In this document: piece by piece, positions 27,505 to 37,515 of the stretch | Position numbering within the stretch: position 1 is the first letter of the stretch | How the letters are laid out: every line of letters begins with the position of its first letter | Assembly (NCBI GenBank): GCA_031082205.1 | Contig: JAVHLJ010000003.1 | Coordinates: 890 to 64,889 of the forward strand | Length of the DNA: 64,000 nt | Direction: 5' to 3' | Source of the DNA: Elusimicrobiales bacterium | GTDB lineage: Bacteria > Elusimicrobiota > Elusimicrobia > Elusimicrobiales > UBA9959 | Program-made: the position numbers and the translations under genes | The notes under the pieces: generated by a model | The model's input: the letters and a program-made list of their open reading frames with translations, nothing else | Databases searched by the model: none | Told to the model about the DNA's origin: nothing

Positions 27505-28400
27505 CCGAGTATGGGGCGCAGGAAGCCCCCGTGCTTCTTTATGAGGGCGCGGGCCGCTTCCCGGGAGAGGCCCTTGCGGGCCATGACTATCGATGTCTTC
27601 ACCTCGTCGCCGGTCTCGGCGAGCAGCCTGGCCGCCTCCTCCGGGTCCACGCCTCCCAGCCGCGAAACTATCCGGGCGGCCCGCAGTTCGAGCTTCTGGG
27701 AGGTGGTCCGCACGTCCACCATCCAGTTGCGGTAGACCTTGCCGGAAACGATCATGGCCGAAGTGGTCAGCATGTTCAGCGCGAGTTTGGTGGCGGTGCC
27801 GGATTTCATGCGCGTGGAGCCGGAGATCGGTTCCGGGCCGGCGTCTATGGCGATGACGCAGCGCGCGACAGGCACTTTCTCGCGGTAGTTGCAGGTCAGC
27901 AGCACGCCGAAGGCTCCCCTTTTCCTGGCCGCTTCCAGCCCGCCCAGCACGTAAGGCGTGACCCCGCTGGCGGCTATGCCGACGACCACGTCGCCTTTTT
28001 TGACGCAGCGGTTTATCTCGCGGAAGCCGTTCTCCCGGCTGTCCTCCGCGCCTTCCTTGGAGAGGAAGACCGCGCTGTCGCCGCCGGCCATGAGGGCCTT
28101 GAAAGTGCCCGGCTTCACGCCGTAGGTCGGGGGAAGCTCGGCCGCCTCCAGCACGCCCAGGCGGCCGCTTGTCCCCGCGCCGATGAAGACGATGCGCCCG
28201 CCCCTGAGGAAGGTGCCCGAGACCTCGCGGGCGGCCTTCTCGATGGCAGGTATGGCCCTCGCCACCGCGCGCGGCACGCCGGCGTCCTCCCGGTTGAGTT
28301 TCTCCAGGACGCGCCGCAGCGGTATCCTGTCGAGGTCGAGCGTGCGGGGGTTTTCCCTTTCCGTGGGCAGTTTCGAGTACTTTGAAAATCTGTCGCTCAT
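27501..28400 (-). CDS. murQ: N-acetylmuramic acid 6-phosphate etherase
   Basis: TERENPRTLDLD start and SIS-domain motifs IGAGTSGRLG and GIAASG. Typical length of 299 aa. Confidence 0.9.
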   Translation of the reverse strand: MSDRFSKYSKLPTERENPRTLDLDRIPLRRVLEKLNREDAGVPRAVARAIPAIEKAAREVSGTFLRGGRIVFIGAGTSGRLGVLEAAELPPTYGVKPGTFKALMAGGDSAVFLSKEGAEDSRENGFREINRCVKKGDVVVGIAASGVTPYVLGGLEAARKRGAFGVLLTCNYREKVPVARCVIAIDAGPEPISGSTRMKSGTATKLALNMLTTSAMIVSGKVYRNWMVDVRTTSQKLELRAARIVSRLGGVDPEEAARLLAETGDEVKTSIVMARKGLSREAARALIKKHGGFLRPILG

Positions 28401-29278
28401 GGGTTTTCACCTTCCGATGCCGGTTCCGGCAGTTCTTCCTCCTCCTCCGCGGCCGTCGCCTCTCCATGCCAGGGAACTGTCTCCAGCCCGCCCGTGACGT
28501 AGGTGGAGGAGGATTCGACCACGGGGGGGAAAGAACTGTTCCTGAGCCAGTCCATTATCCGCCTGGCGCTGTAGCGGTTCACGAGTTCCGCGCCGAAGCC
28601 TTTGGCTTCGACCAGGGTCGTCACGTTCTCGGCGCCGCACGAGATCTTGGCTATGTCGTTGAGAAGCTGGAATTCCTTGAACTGACGTTCCCGGTTGGCC
28701 CCGGCCATCATGAGGAGGGGCTTGCGTCCGTAGGCGCGCAGCGGGTTCACCACCAGGACGTCGTTCACGTTCAGGACGGGGGAGACCGCGATCACCTTGG
28801 GGATCTCCTTGTATATCGCGGCCGTCTTTATGGCGAGGTTGGCGCCGAGGATGGACCCGGCCATGATCACGCGTTCGGTCGCCACGGCGCGGGTCGAGAG
28901 GAATACCAGCGCGCCGTCCACGTCCCTTATCATCTTGTTGTATTCGTTGTCCGCGCCGCTGTGGCGGAAATTCTTCCAGGTGACGGTCGAGCCGGCCGGG
29001 TCCGTCACGCTGCGTCCGTGCCCCCGCAGGTCGGGCGCGAGCCAGCCGTAGCCGTAGCGCTTGAGCTGGGCCTGGAAAGTCCTCCATTCGGCGGAAGAGC
29101 TTTTGTGCGCGTGCAGGAGGAGTACGACCGGGGCGCCCTCCTCGGGCGGCAGGTAGTCGGCGTGTATGTTCCAGCCGTCCGCTGCCTGGAAAGTCACGGC
29201 CTCCTCGGCCCGCTGCGACTGCGCCCGGGCGGGGGCGGCCAGCAGTATGAGCGCGCAGATGACAGGCGGGAGGTTCAT
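28397..29278 (-). CDS. secreted alpha/beta-fold hydrolase
   Basis: Signal peptide MNLPPVICALILLAAPARA. Pattern VVLLLHAHKSS...DLRGHGRS...GSILGAN (nucleophile-elbow-like). Acidic C-terminal tail. ATGA overlap with the murQ start. Confidence 0.75.
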   Translation of the reverse strand: MNLPPVICALILLAAPARAQSQRAEEAVTFQAADGWNIHADYLPPEEGAPVVLLLHAHKSSSAEWRTFQAQLKRYGYGWLAPDLRGHGRSVTDPAGSTVTWKNFRHSGADNEYNKMIRDVDGALVFLSTRAVATERVIMAGSILGANLAIKTAAIYKEIPKVIAVSPVLNVNDVLVVNPLRAYGRKPLLMMAGANRERQFKEFQLLNDIAKISCGAENVTTLVEAKGFGAELVNRYSARRIMDWLRNSSFPPVVESSSTYVTGGLETVPWHGEATAAEEEEELPEPASEGENP

Positions 29279-29300
29279 GGTTCCCCGTTCCCGGACCCGG

Positions 29301-29777
29301 TTACGGTATTATCTCCCCGGGATTGAACCATATTCCTATCTCGCGGTCCGCTTCCTCCGTGTTGCCCGACGCGTGCACCACGTTCTCGTAGTAGCCGTGC
29401 CTGCGGCAGACCCGGCCGAAGGCGCCGCGTATGGTGTCGGGCGAGGCGTCCTCCGGGTTGGTCGCGCCGACCGCCTTGCGTATGACCTGCACGGCGTTCT
29501 CGCCCTGGTAGACGAGCGCCAGGACCCGGCGTTTGGGGTCCCCGTGGTACTCGCCCTTGATGAAGTTTATGAGACGCTCGAAGAACTTCTTGTCGGCGAA
29601 CGGCCCCTTGCCTTCCAGGAGCGCGTAATGTTCCCGGGCAAGTTCGTCCGTCACCGTCCTTATCTTGGCCCCGACCAGCTCCATGTGCGTGTTCTCCAGC
29701 CTGTCCATGGCCAGGCCGGCGAGGTGGCGCTGCATGCCGTCGGGTTTTATCAGTACGAGGGTTCTTTCCAGGGCCAT
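29301..29777 (-). CDS. ndk: nucleoside diphosphate kinase (with small insertions)
   Basis: ERTLVLIKPDG, NAVQVIRKAVGATNP and the active-site NVVHASG. About 15 aa longer than canonical Ndk. Confidence 0.9.
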   Translation of the reverse strand: MALERTLVLIKPDGMQRHLAGLAMDRLENTHMELVGAKIRTVTDELAREHYALLEGKGPFADKKFFERLINFIKGEYHGDPKRRVLALVYQGENAVQVIRKAVGATNPEDASPDTIRGAFGRVCRRHGYYENVVHASGNTEEADREIGIWFNPGEIIP

Positions 29778-29847
29778 CGGTCGGTCTCCTTGTTGCCGGC
29801 GTTTTTTTTAATTCTACATATTTTGCGCGCGTGTGACTAAGAGTCCG

Positions 29848-29876
29848 TTGATTCCGCTCCCGCGCCTTGCTAGAAT
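29848..29876 (+). promoter_or_regulatory. sigma70-type promoter for the 29893 gene
   Basis: TTGATT (29848-29853), a 17-nt spacer, then TAGAAT (29871-29876). The ATG lies 17 nt downstream, preceded by a GGGGGG Shine-Dalgarno-like run. Confidence 0.6.
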
Positions 29877-29892
29877 ATACCGGGGGGATAAT

Positions 29893-30594
29893 ATGGACGA
29901 CAGCAAGGTCCTGTGCGGTCGCTGCCGCGAACTGCTGAAGGCGGCGGAGCGCCTGCGGGACGATTTCGACGCCTGCTACCAGTACACCTGGTTCAGGTTC
30001 TCGCCTTTCAACCCCGATTACGCCAGGTGGAAGAAGGACGTGCGGGACCAGCTGGTCCGCGCTTTCGGCGCCAACAGTTCCAGGGTGCTCGAACTGGACC
30101 GCTGCGAGAGAGTATACTCCCAGTCCGCCCCCGGCACTCTTTTTGACCGCTACCTCGACTCTCTCCGCGGCGCCGTTTCGGCGCTGGAGGGCGCGCCCCC
30201 GCCCCCGCGTCCCGCGCCTGCCCCCCCGCAGATCTCCGACCGCGTTTCCTTCCGCGCCATCTCCCGCGACCTGCTCGCCCGGGCCGCGTCCCTGAGGGAG
30301 GAGGGGAACTTCCTGTCGGCCGCGGTCATGTGCGGGGCCGTGCTGGAGAACGCGCTGCGCCGCATCTGCGAGTCGGAGGGCCTGTCTCCGCGGGTCAGGG
30401 CCATGGATTTCCCGGGACTTTGCGAGGCGCTGCTGTCCCGGGGGGGTATCGACCGGGAGGAACACCGCCAGCTTATGCTGAAGTTCAGCCTCAAGAAAAT
30501 GGCCGAGCACTGCTACTCGGAGAAGCTCAACGCCGTCAATGTCGGCGAGATGCTGGAGTGGACCGGCGGCTTCCTGGACCGCCGCTTCCACTGA
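29893..30594 (+). CDS. hypothetical protein, C-terminal half possibly DUF4145-like
   Basis: The ATG at 29893 is in frame with ORF 29833..30594. N-terminal CxxC (CGRC), a Pro-rich linker (PPPPRPAPAPP), then a helical C-terminal domain (NFLSAAVMCGAVLENALRRICE...KKMAEHCYSEKLNAVNVGEMLEW). The family call is tentative. Confidence 0.6.
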   Translation: MDDSKVLCGRCRELLKAAERLRDDFDACYQYTWFRFSPFNPDYARWKKDVRDQLVRAFGANSSRVLELDRCERVYSQSAPGTLFDRYLDSLRGAVSALEGAPPPPRPAPAPPQISDRVSFRAISRDLLARAASLREEGNFLSAAVMCGAVLENALRRICESEGLSPRVRAMDFPGLCEALLSRGGIDREEHRQLMLKFSLKKMAEHCYSEKLNAVNVGEMLEWTGGFLDRRFH

Positions 30595-30717
30595 GCCCGG
30601 CCCCGCCGCGGAACCGGCGCGGCGCCGGCGCCTTGCTCCGCCAATAATATAATTGTAAAATTCTCCCGCGGATAGGCCGGGCGTCCGGCCGCCGCGGGTC
30701 ACATTTCCGGAGGTTAC

Positions 30718-31097
<380 letters not shown>

Positions 31098-31101
<4 letters not shown>

Positions 31102-32579
31102 GCGGCAATACCCTCCAGGAGATAGTCGGCCACAATTACGGCAAGATCAAAGCCCTCCGCGAGCAGGGGATAGACCCCTACCCGCGCCGTTTCCAGGTCA
31201 CTCATTCCGCCGCCGGCGCGCTGAAGCAGCCCGAGGACACGCGGGTGCGCTGCGCAGGGCGCGTGGTGCTGCTGCGCCTGATGGGCAAGGCCGCTTTCGC
31301 CCATATCAAGGACGGCAGCGGCAAGATACAGATATACGTCAAGAAGGACGCCGTCGGGGAGAAGGACTACGAGACCTTCAAGCGGTTCGTCGGCGTGGGC
31401 GACTTCCTGGGCGTGGAAGGGCCCCTTTTCGTCACAAAGACCGGCGAACTGACGGTCAACGTGGAGAAGGTCACCATACTTTCCAAGTCGGTGCGGCCCC
31501 TGCCCGAGAAATGGCACGGCCTCACGGACCCCGAGACCCGTTACCGCGAGCGCTCTCTGGACCTGATCTCCAACGACGAGGTCCGGCAGATCTTCGTCAA
31601 CAGGGCGCGGATCGTCTCCGGCGTGCGCCAGGTCCTCGACGGCGACGGCTACCTGGAGGTCGAGACCCCCGTGCTCTGCGCGCAGGCCGGCGGCGCCTCG
31701 GCCCGCCCTTTCGTGACCTTCCATAACGTCTACAAGAACGAGCTCTACATGCGCATCGCCACCGAGCTCCCGCTCAAGAAACTCATAATCGGCGGTTTCG
31801 ACGGCGTCTACGAGATAGGCCGCATCTTCCGCAACGAGGGCGTGGACACCAGCCACAACCCGGAGTTCACCTCGCTCGAGGCCTACAAGGCCTACGGCGA
31901 CTACAATACGATGGCCGAGCTGGCCGAGAAGATCTTCGCCCGCTGCTCCGAGCTGACCGGCGTCTCCGAAGTGGACTACAACGGAATGAAGATAAACCTC
32001 AGGCCGCCCTTCCGCCGGATCTACCTGCCGGAGGTCTGGAAGGCGAAGACCGGCCATGACATACACGAGGTGCTCAGCGGCAAGTCCTTCAACCGCGAAG
32101 CCCTGCGCGCGCTGGCCCGCGAGAAGGGCGTCGGCTTCTCCGACGACACTCCCTCGGCCAAGATCTTCGACAGGATGTTCGAGACTCTCATCCAGGCGGA
32201 CCTGGAACAGCCCACCTTCGTCATGGACCACCCCACGGCCATAACGCCGCTGGCCAAGTGCAAGGAGGGGGACGAGTCCATCGTCGAGCGTTTCGAGCTT
32301 TTCGTCGCCAAGATGGAGCTCGCCAACGCCTACACCGAGCTCAACGACCCCGAGGACCAGAAAGACCGCCTGCTCGAGCAGGTGCGCCAGCGCAGCGAGG
32401 AGAAGAACGCCGAGGCCGACGTGCTCGACAGGGATTTCATCGAGGCCATGGAGTACGGCATGCCGCCGACGGGCGGCATAGGCATAGGCATAGACCGCCT
32501 GGCCATGCTGTTCTCGGGCAAGCCCTCGATACGGGAAGTGATACTCTTCCCTCTGCTCCGGCCCGGCGACCAGCAGTAG
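31098..32579 (+). CDS. lysS: lysine--tRNA ligase (class II)
   Basis: OB-fold N-terminal domain and class II motifs (FRNEGVDTSHNPEFT, GGIGIGIDRLAMLF). ATGA overlap with the upstream response regulator. Confidence 0.95.
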
Positions 32580-32609
32580 CGCCGGCCGCCGCCGCGGCCG
32601 CCGAGGAAT

Positions 32610-33830
32610 ATGGCTCCAGAGACGTTTATCGCCCTCCGCTACCTCAGCGCCAAGCGCAAGGGACTTTTCTCCGTCGTCACCACGCTCATCGGCGTGGCCG
32701 GGGTCTCGCTCGGCGTCGCGGCGCTCATCGTGACGCTTTCCATCATGGACGGATTCCAGACGGATATCCGCCGCAAGATAGTGGACGCGCAGGCCCATAT
32801 AGTGGTCTACGGCCAGATGCGCCCCGGGGACGGGGAACGCGCGGCCGCCAGGATATCGGCCGCGCCAGGGGTGGAGGCCGTTTCCGCCTTCGCGCTGGGG
32901 CAGGGGATAATAACCTTCGACAACCGCTCGACCGGGGCCGTGGTCAGGGGCGTCGACCCGGCCGCCGAGGCGCGGGTCAATTCCCTGAAGGATTCGCTGG
33001 TGCGCGGCTCCTGGGAGGCTCTCGCGCCGGCGGGGGGCGTGCCGGGCATAATACTCGGGGAGGAACTGGCCAAGGGCCTGGGCGCCTGGACCGGGGACGA
33101 GGTCATACTGGTCTCGCCGCGCTCGGCCGACTCGGGCCTGGGCCTGCTGCCGCGCATGAAGAAGTTCCGCGTCGCGGGCCTCTCGCGCACGGGCTACTAC
33201 GAATACGACAATACCATGGCCTACTGCGGTCTGAAAGAGGCGTCGGAGTTCTTCGGCATGCAGGGCGAGCCGAACGGTTTCGGCGTCAGGCTCAGGGACA
33301 TGGACCTGGCCGCCGCGGCGGCGGAGGACCTGCGCGGTTCGCTGGGGTTCCCGTTCACGGTCAAGACCTTCGCCGACATGAACCGCACGCTCTTCGCGGC
33401 GCTGAAGCTGGAGAAATTCGTCATGTCGCTGGTGCTGGCGCTCATCATCCTGGTGGCGACCTTCACCATCGCCTCCAACCTCCTCATGATGACCGTCGAG
33501 AAGATGCGCGACATAGGCATCCTGCGCGCCATGGGCGCGGGGCCGGGCCTGATACGCCGCGTCTTTCTCCTCGAGGGGGCGATGATCGGCCTGGCCGGCA
33601 CCCTCCTCGGCGTCCTGCTGGGAGTGGGGATCTCGCTGTTCATAGGGCATTATCCCGTAATAGAACTGCCTTCCGACATCTACTACGTGACAAAAGTCCC
33701 CGTGAAACTGGACGCCCTGAACATACTCCTTACGGCCCTGGCCAGCTTCGCCCTCTGCTCGCTGAGCGCGCTTTATCCCGCCTCCCGCGCCGCCAAGCTC
33801 AACCCGGTGGACGCCATACGCTATGGATAG
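32610..33830 (+). CDS. lolE: lipoprotein-releasing system permease LolC/LolE
   Basis: FIALRYLSAKRKG start, a MacB-like periplasmic domain and C-terminal FtsX TM helices. Confidence 0.88.
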   Translation: MAPETFIALRYLSAKRKGLFSVVTTLIGVAGVSLGVAALIVTLSIMDGFQTDIRRKIVDAQAHIVVYGQMRPGDGERAAARISAAPGVEAVSAFALGQGIITFDNRSTGAVVRGVDPAAEARVNSLKDSLVRGSWEALAPAGGVPGIILGEELAKGLGAWTGDEVILVSPRSADSGLGLLPRMKKFRVAGLSRTGYYEYDNTMAYCGLKEASEFFGMQGEPNGFGVRLRDMDLAAAAAEDLRGSLGFPFTVKTFADMNRTLFAALKLEKFVMSLVLALIILVATFTIASNLLMMTVEKMRDIGILRAMGAGPGLIRRVFLLEGAMIGLAGTLLGVLLGVGISLFIGHYPVIELPSDIYYVTKVPVKLDALNILLTALASFALCSLSALYPASRAAKLNPVDAIRYG

Positions 33831-34491
33831 GATCATAGAGCTCGAGAGCGTCAGCAAGAGCTACACCCAGGGCCGCGAGCAGATGCTGGTCCTGGAGGAA
33901 GTGGACATGCATATCCGCCGGGGTGAGTTCGTCGCCCTGACGGGGCCGTCCGGCTCCGGCAAGTCCACGCTGCTCCACCTCATCGGTCTGCTGGACGACT
34001 CCTTCAGCGGGACGCTGCGGGTGTTCGGTCACGGAGCCGGCTCCCTCGACGAGGCCGAGCGCTCCCGCCTGCGCCGGGACAAGCTGGGTTTCGTTTTCCA
34101 GTTCGATTCCCTGCTGCCGGAGTTCACCGTTCTCGAGAACATCGACATGCCCGCGCGGCTGGCCGGCCGCCCGGACCCGGCCAAGGCGCTGGCGCTGCTG
34201 GAGCGCTTCGGCCTGGCCGAGATAGCGGGCAAGGTCCCGATGGAGATATCGGGCGGCGAGAAGCAGCGCGCCGCCATACTGCGCGGCCTGCGCAACTCGC
34301 CGGAGCTGCTAATCGCCGACGAGCCGACCGGGAACCTGGACCGCCATAACGCCAAAATCGTCCTCGACGACCTGCGGGGGATCGGGTCGCGCGGGACGGC
34401 CGTCCTGATGGTGACCCATAACGAAGAGGCCGCCCGCTGCGCGTCAAGGATACTGCGGCTGGAGGGCGGCAAGCTCTCCGAGGTGCGCTGA
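33823..34491 (+). CDS. lolD: lipoprotein-releasing system ATP-binding protein
   Basis: Walker A GPSGSGKST, signature ISGGEKQRAAILRGL, Walker B LLIADEPTGNLD. Overlaps lolE by 8 nt. Confidence 0.9.
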   Translation: MDRIIELESVSKSYTQGREQMLVLEEVDMHIRRGEFVALTGPSGSGKSTLLHLIGLLDDSFSGTLRVFGHGAGSLDEAERSRLRRDKLGFVFQFDSLLPEFTVLENIDMPARLAGRPDPAKALALLERFGLAEIAGKVPMEISGGEKQRAAILRGLRNSPELLIADEPTGNLDRHNAKIVLDDLRGIGSRGTAVLMVTHNEEAARCASRILRLEGGKLSEVR

Positions 34492-34988
34492 TGATCTGCC
34501 AGGACTGCCGGAAGGCCCAGGCCACCGTCTTCCTCAAGGCCGCCGTCAATAACAAGGTTACGGAGATGCATCTCTGCGCCGCCTGCGCCCTGAAGCGCAG
34601 CGAACGCCACGCGGGGGAGCACGAGCCTCACGGCCTGGGGCCGATGGGGGGGTTCGTCAAGGAACTGCTCCCCAGCGAGCGCAAGCCGCTGGCCTGCGGC
34701 GAATGCGGCCTCAAGTACGCCGAATTCCGGGAGAGCGGGCGGCTTGGCTGCCCGTCCTGCTACAGGTATTTCGGGGCGCAGCTGCGTGAACTTCTCACCC
34801 GCATACACGGCTCCTGCTCCTATTCCGGCCGAAGGTACCGGGATAATCTCTCGGTCCTTTCGGAGCGGGAGCGGGGGGAGAAACTGGAGGCCCTGCGCGC
34901 GGCCCTCAGGGCCGCCGTCGCCCGCGAGGATTTCGAGGCCGCGGCCAGGCTGCGCGACGCAGTCAAGGAGCTGGACGATGGCCGGTAA
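34491..34988 (+). CDS. mcsA: McsA-like protein-arginine-kinase activator (zinc fingers plus UVR motif)
   Basis: CQDC...CAAC and CGEC...CPSC zinc-ribbon pairs. C-terminal UvrB/C motif AVAREDFEAAARLRDAVKEL. TGATG overlap with lolD. Confidence 0.8.
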   Translation: MICQDCRKAQATVFLKAAVNNKVTEMHLCAACALKRSERHAGEHEPHGLGPMGGFVKELLPSERKPLACGECGLKYAEFRESGRLGCPSCYRYFGAQLRELLTRIHGSCSYSGRRYRDNLSVLSERERGEKLEALRAALRAAVAREDFEAAARLRDAVKELDDGR

Positions 34989-36033
34989 GCTGCTCTCCTG
35001 GTTCCGCGACAGGATAAACTGGGCCGCCGCGGAGGGGGACTGGCCGGACATCGTATTCTCCACCCGCGTGCGCTTCGCCCGCAACGTCCATGGCTTCCCT
35101 TTTCCGGGCCGCTCCTCCCGCCAGTCCCAGGCCGAGCTGAGGCGCAGGGCGCTCGACGCGGTGAAGTCCTCCAGGCTTTTTCCGCGTTCCCGGGAAGCGG
35201 CGCTGGAGACGCTCTCCCCCCTGGAGAAGCGGTTCCTCGTGGAGCGCCGCCATATCTCCCACAATCTCGCGGCCGCCGCGGGAGCTCAGTCCGTGGTGAT
35301 AGCCTCGGACGAGACTCTCTCCGCCATGATCAACGAGGAGGACCACCTCAGGCTGCAGGCCATACTGCCCGGTTTTTCCGTGGAGAAATGCCTCGAGCTG
35401 GCCTCCGCCGCCGAGTCCGGCCTTGGAGAGCTGCTGCCCTACGCCTACGGCTCCGAGTTCGGTTTCCTGACGGCCTGCCCGACCAATACCGGCACCGGCA
35501 TGCGCGTCTCCTGCATGGTGCACCTCCCGGCGCTGGGCCGTGCCGGCCGCCTCGGTCCGGCGCTGGAAAGCCTCTCCCATCTGGGCGTGACGGCGCGGGG
35601 CATGTACGGCGAGGGGACCTACGTGCTGGGCGACCTTTACCAGATCTCCAATTCCGTCTGCCTCGGCCGCAGCGAAGAGGAGTTCGCCGAAAGCGTGCGC
35701 CGCGTCATACGCAACCTGATAAATTTCGAGATCAAGGCCCGCGAGGACCTGCTTCGGCCGGCTCTGCGCCTCAAGACCGAGGACGCCGTTCACCGCGCCC
35801 GGGCGGTGCTCTCCGGCGCCCGGCTGCTGAGCTACGAGGAGTTCATGCAGAACGCCTCGCTGGCCCGGATGGGACTGGCCATGGGCCTGCGGCTGGACCT
35901 GGACATGGACACCCTCAACCAGATGACCATACAGGCCCAGCCGGCCCACCTGTCCGCCAGGGCCGGCAAGGACCTGCCGCCCGGGCGCAGGGACGAGGCG
36001 AGGGCGGAATTCGTCCGCTCCAGGCTGGGCTGA
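34978..36033 (+). CDS. mcsB: protein arginine kinase McsB
   Basis: The ATG at 34978 is in frame with ORF 34744..36033. ATP:guanido phosphotransferase motifs (VVFSTRVRFARN, NEEDHLRLQ, CPTNTGTGMRVS). Confidence 0.9.
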   Translation: MAGKLLSWFRDRINWAAAEGDWPDIVFSTRVRFARNVHGFPFPGRSSRQSQAELRRRALDAVKSSRLFPRSREAALETLSPLEKRFLVERRHISHNLAAAAGAQSVVIASDETLSAMINEEDHLRLQAILPGFSVEKCLELASAAESGLGELLPYAYGSEFGFLTACPTNTGTGMRVSCMVHLPALGRAGRLGPALESLSHLGVTARGMYGEGTYVLGDLYQISNSVCLGRSEEEFAESVRRVIRNLINFEIKAREDLLRPALRLKTEDAVHRARAVLSGARLLSYEEFMQNASLARMGLAMGLRLDLDMDTLNQMTIQAQPAHLSARAGKDLPPGRRDEARAEFVRSRLG

Positions 36034-36072
36034 ACTTTGCTTTGCGGCGCCATTTATAATTAAATGTAAGCC

Positions 36073-36873
36073 ATGTACCTCAAGCACTGGAACCTGCGCA
36101 AGCCGCCCTTCGAGAACACTCCCGACACCGATTTCTTCTACGAGTCGGAGAAGCACAGGGAGGCCTCCTCGCGCCTGCGCTACGTGGTCGAGGAGCGCAA
36201 GGCCTGCGCCGTCCTGACCGGCGTGTACGGATGCGGCAAGACGCTTGTCCTGCGGGCCCTGGAACGCGAGCATAAAAAAAAGGGCTGCGTCTTCTCTTTC
36301 GTCAATAATCCGCGCCTCGACGACCTCGGCCTGCTGCGGATGATACTCCATAATTTCACGGGCTACAATGTCCCCCGCAGCAAGGAAGACGTGCTCATGG
36401 GCCTGGAAAAGTTCGTCCGCGAGACTTACAACGACGGCAAGCACGTCGTTATAGCCATAGACGAGTCCCAGCTGATAGACAACGAAAATGTTTTCGAGGA
36501 ACTGCGGCTGCTGCTCAATTTCCAGACCGAGACCAGGTTCCTGGTGACGCTGCTGCTTTCGGGACAGCCCGAACTCAGGGAAAAACTCGATTCCAACAAG
36601 CAGTTCAGCCAGCGCATAACGCTGAGCTATAATCTTCCCGCCCTGGACCGGGAGGAAACGGCGGCCTATGTGCGTCACCGCCTGGGAGTGGCCGGCGGCT
36701 CCGACGGGATATTCCTGCCGGAGGCGCTGGACCTTGTCCATGAGCGCTCCGGCGGCATACCCCGCTGGATAAACAATATAGCCAACATGAGCCTGCTGGC
36801 CGCTTTCTCCAAAGGATCGCCCTCGGTGGACGCCGCCCTGGTGGCGGAAGGCGCCGAAAGCGCGAGGCAATAA
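36073..36873 (+). CDS. ExeA/GspA/MshM-like AAA ATPase
   Basis: N-terminus KPPFENTPDTDFFYESEKHREA, Walker A GVYGCGKT, Walker B VIAIDESQ and the LLLSGQPEL pattern typical of ExeA-like (AAA_22) proteins. Confidence 0.8.
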   Translation: MYLKHWNLRKPPFENTPDTDFFYESEKHREASSRLRYVVEERKACAVLTGVYGCGKTLVLRALEREHKKKGCVFSFVNNPRLDDLGLLRMILHNFTGYNVPRSKEDVLMGLEKFVRETYNDGKHVVIAIDESQLIDNENVFEELRLLLNFQTETRFLVTLLLSGQPELREKLDSNKQFSQRITLSYNLPALDREETAAYVRHRLGVAGGSDGIFLPEALDLVHERSGGIPRWINNIANMSLLAAFSKGSPSVDAALVAEGAESARQ

Positions 36874-36885
36874 GGGGGAACTTCA

Positions 36886-37515
36886 ATGAGGATACTCGGC
36901 ATAGGGGCCCACCCGGACGACCTCGAAATAGGCTGCGGCGGACTGCTCGCCAGGCTTTCTAAGTCGGGGCATAAACTCTGCATGCTGGTCCTTTCGGACG
37001 GGGGTGTCGGCGGCGCGGCGGAGGCCAGGCGGCGGGAGCAGGAGCGGGCCGCGGCGCTTCTTAAGGCCAGGCTGGTCTGGGGCGGGTGGAAGGATACCGA
37101 GATGGCCCTGGACCGCGCCCTTATCCGCCGCGTCGAGGAAGCCATATCGGGATTCCGCCCGGACGTCATACTGGTGAACAGCCCCGACGACACGCACCAG
37201 GACCACCGCGCGGCGGCCCAGGCGGCCGTCACCGCCGCGCGCTATTCTCCCAACCTCCTGTTCTACGAGGTCCCCACGACCATGCATTTCGCCCCTACGT
37301 TCTTCGCCGATATCGGCGGCGTTCTGGCCGTCAAGGTCCGCCTGCTCAAATGTCATTCTTCCCAGGTCTACAAGACCCGCGTCAAGAATCTTTCGATAGT
37401 GGAGAGCGCCCGCAGCGCGGCCGTCTTCCGCGGCTTCCAGGGGCGCGTCAAGTACGCGGAGGGCTTCATGCCCCAGCGGGCCATGATAGATTCCCTGATG
37501 GGTCTCAGAAAATGA
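36886..37515 (+). CDS. PIG-L/LmbE-family deacetylase
   Basis: ILGIGAHPDDLEIGCGG and DDTHQDHR zinc-binding motifs. Confidence 0.85.
   Translation: MRILGIGAHPDDLEIGCGGLLARLSKSGHKLCMLVLSDGGVGGAAEARRREQERAAALLKARLVWGGWKDTEMALDRALIRRVEEAISGFRPDVILVNSPDDTHQDHRAAAQAAVTAARYSPNLLFYEVPTTMHFAPTFFADIGGVLAVKVRLLKCHSSQVYKTRVKNLSIVESARSAAVFRGFQGRVKYAEGFMPQRAMIDSLMGLRK

Noticed and set aside
29778-29892. The strand-switch point between ndk(-) and the + block, considered as a replication origin.
   Set aside because: I saw no DnaA-box-like (TTATCCACA) repeats and no AT-rich unwinding element beyond ordinary promoter sequence. No dnaA or dnaN is nearby.
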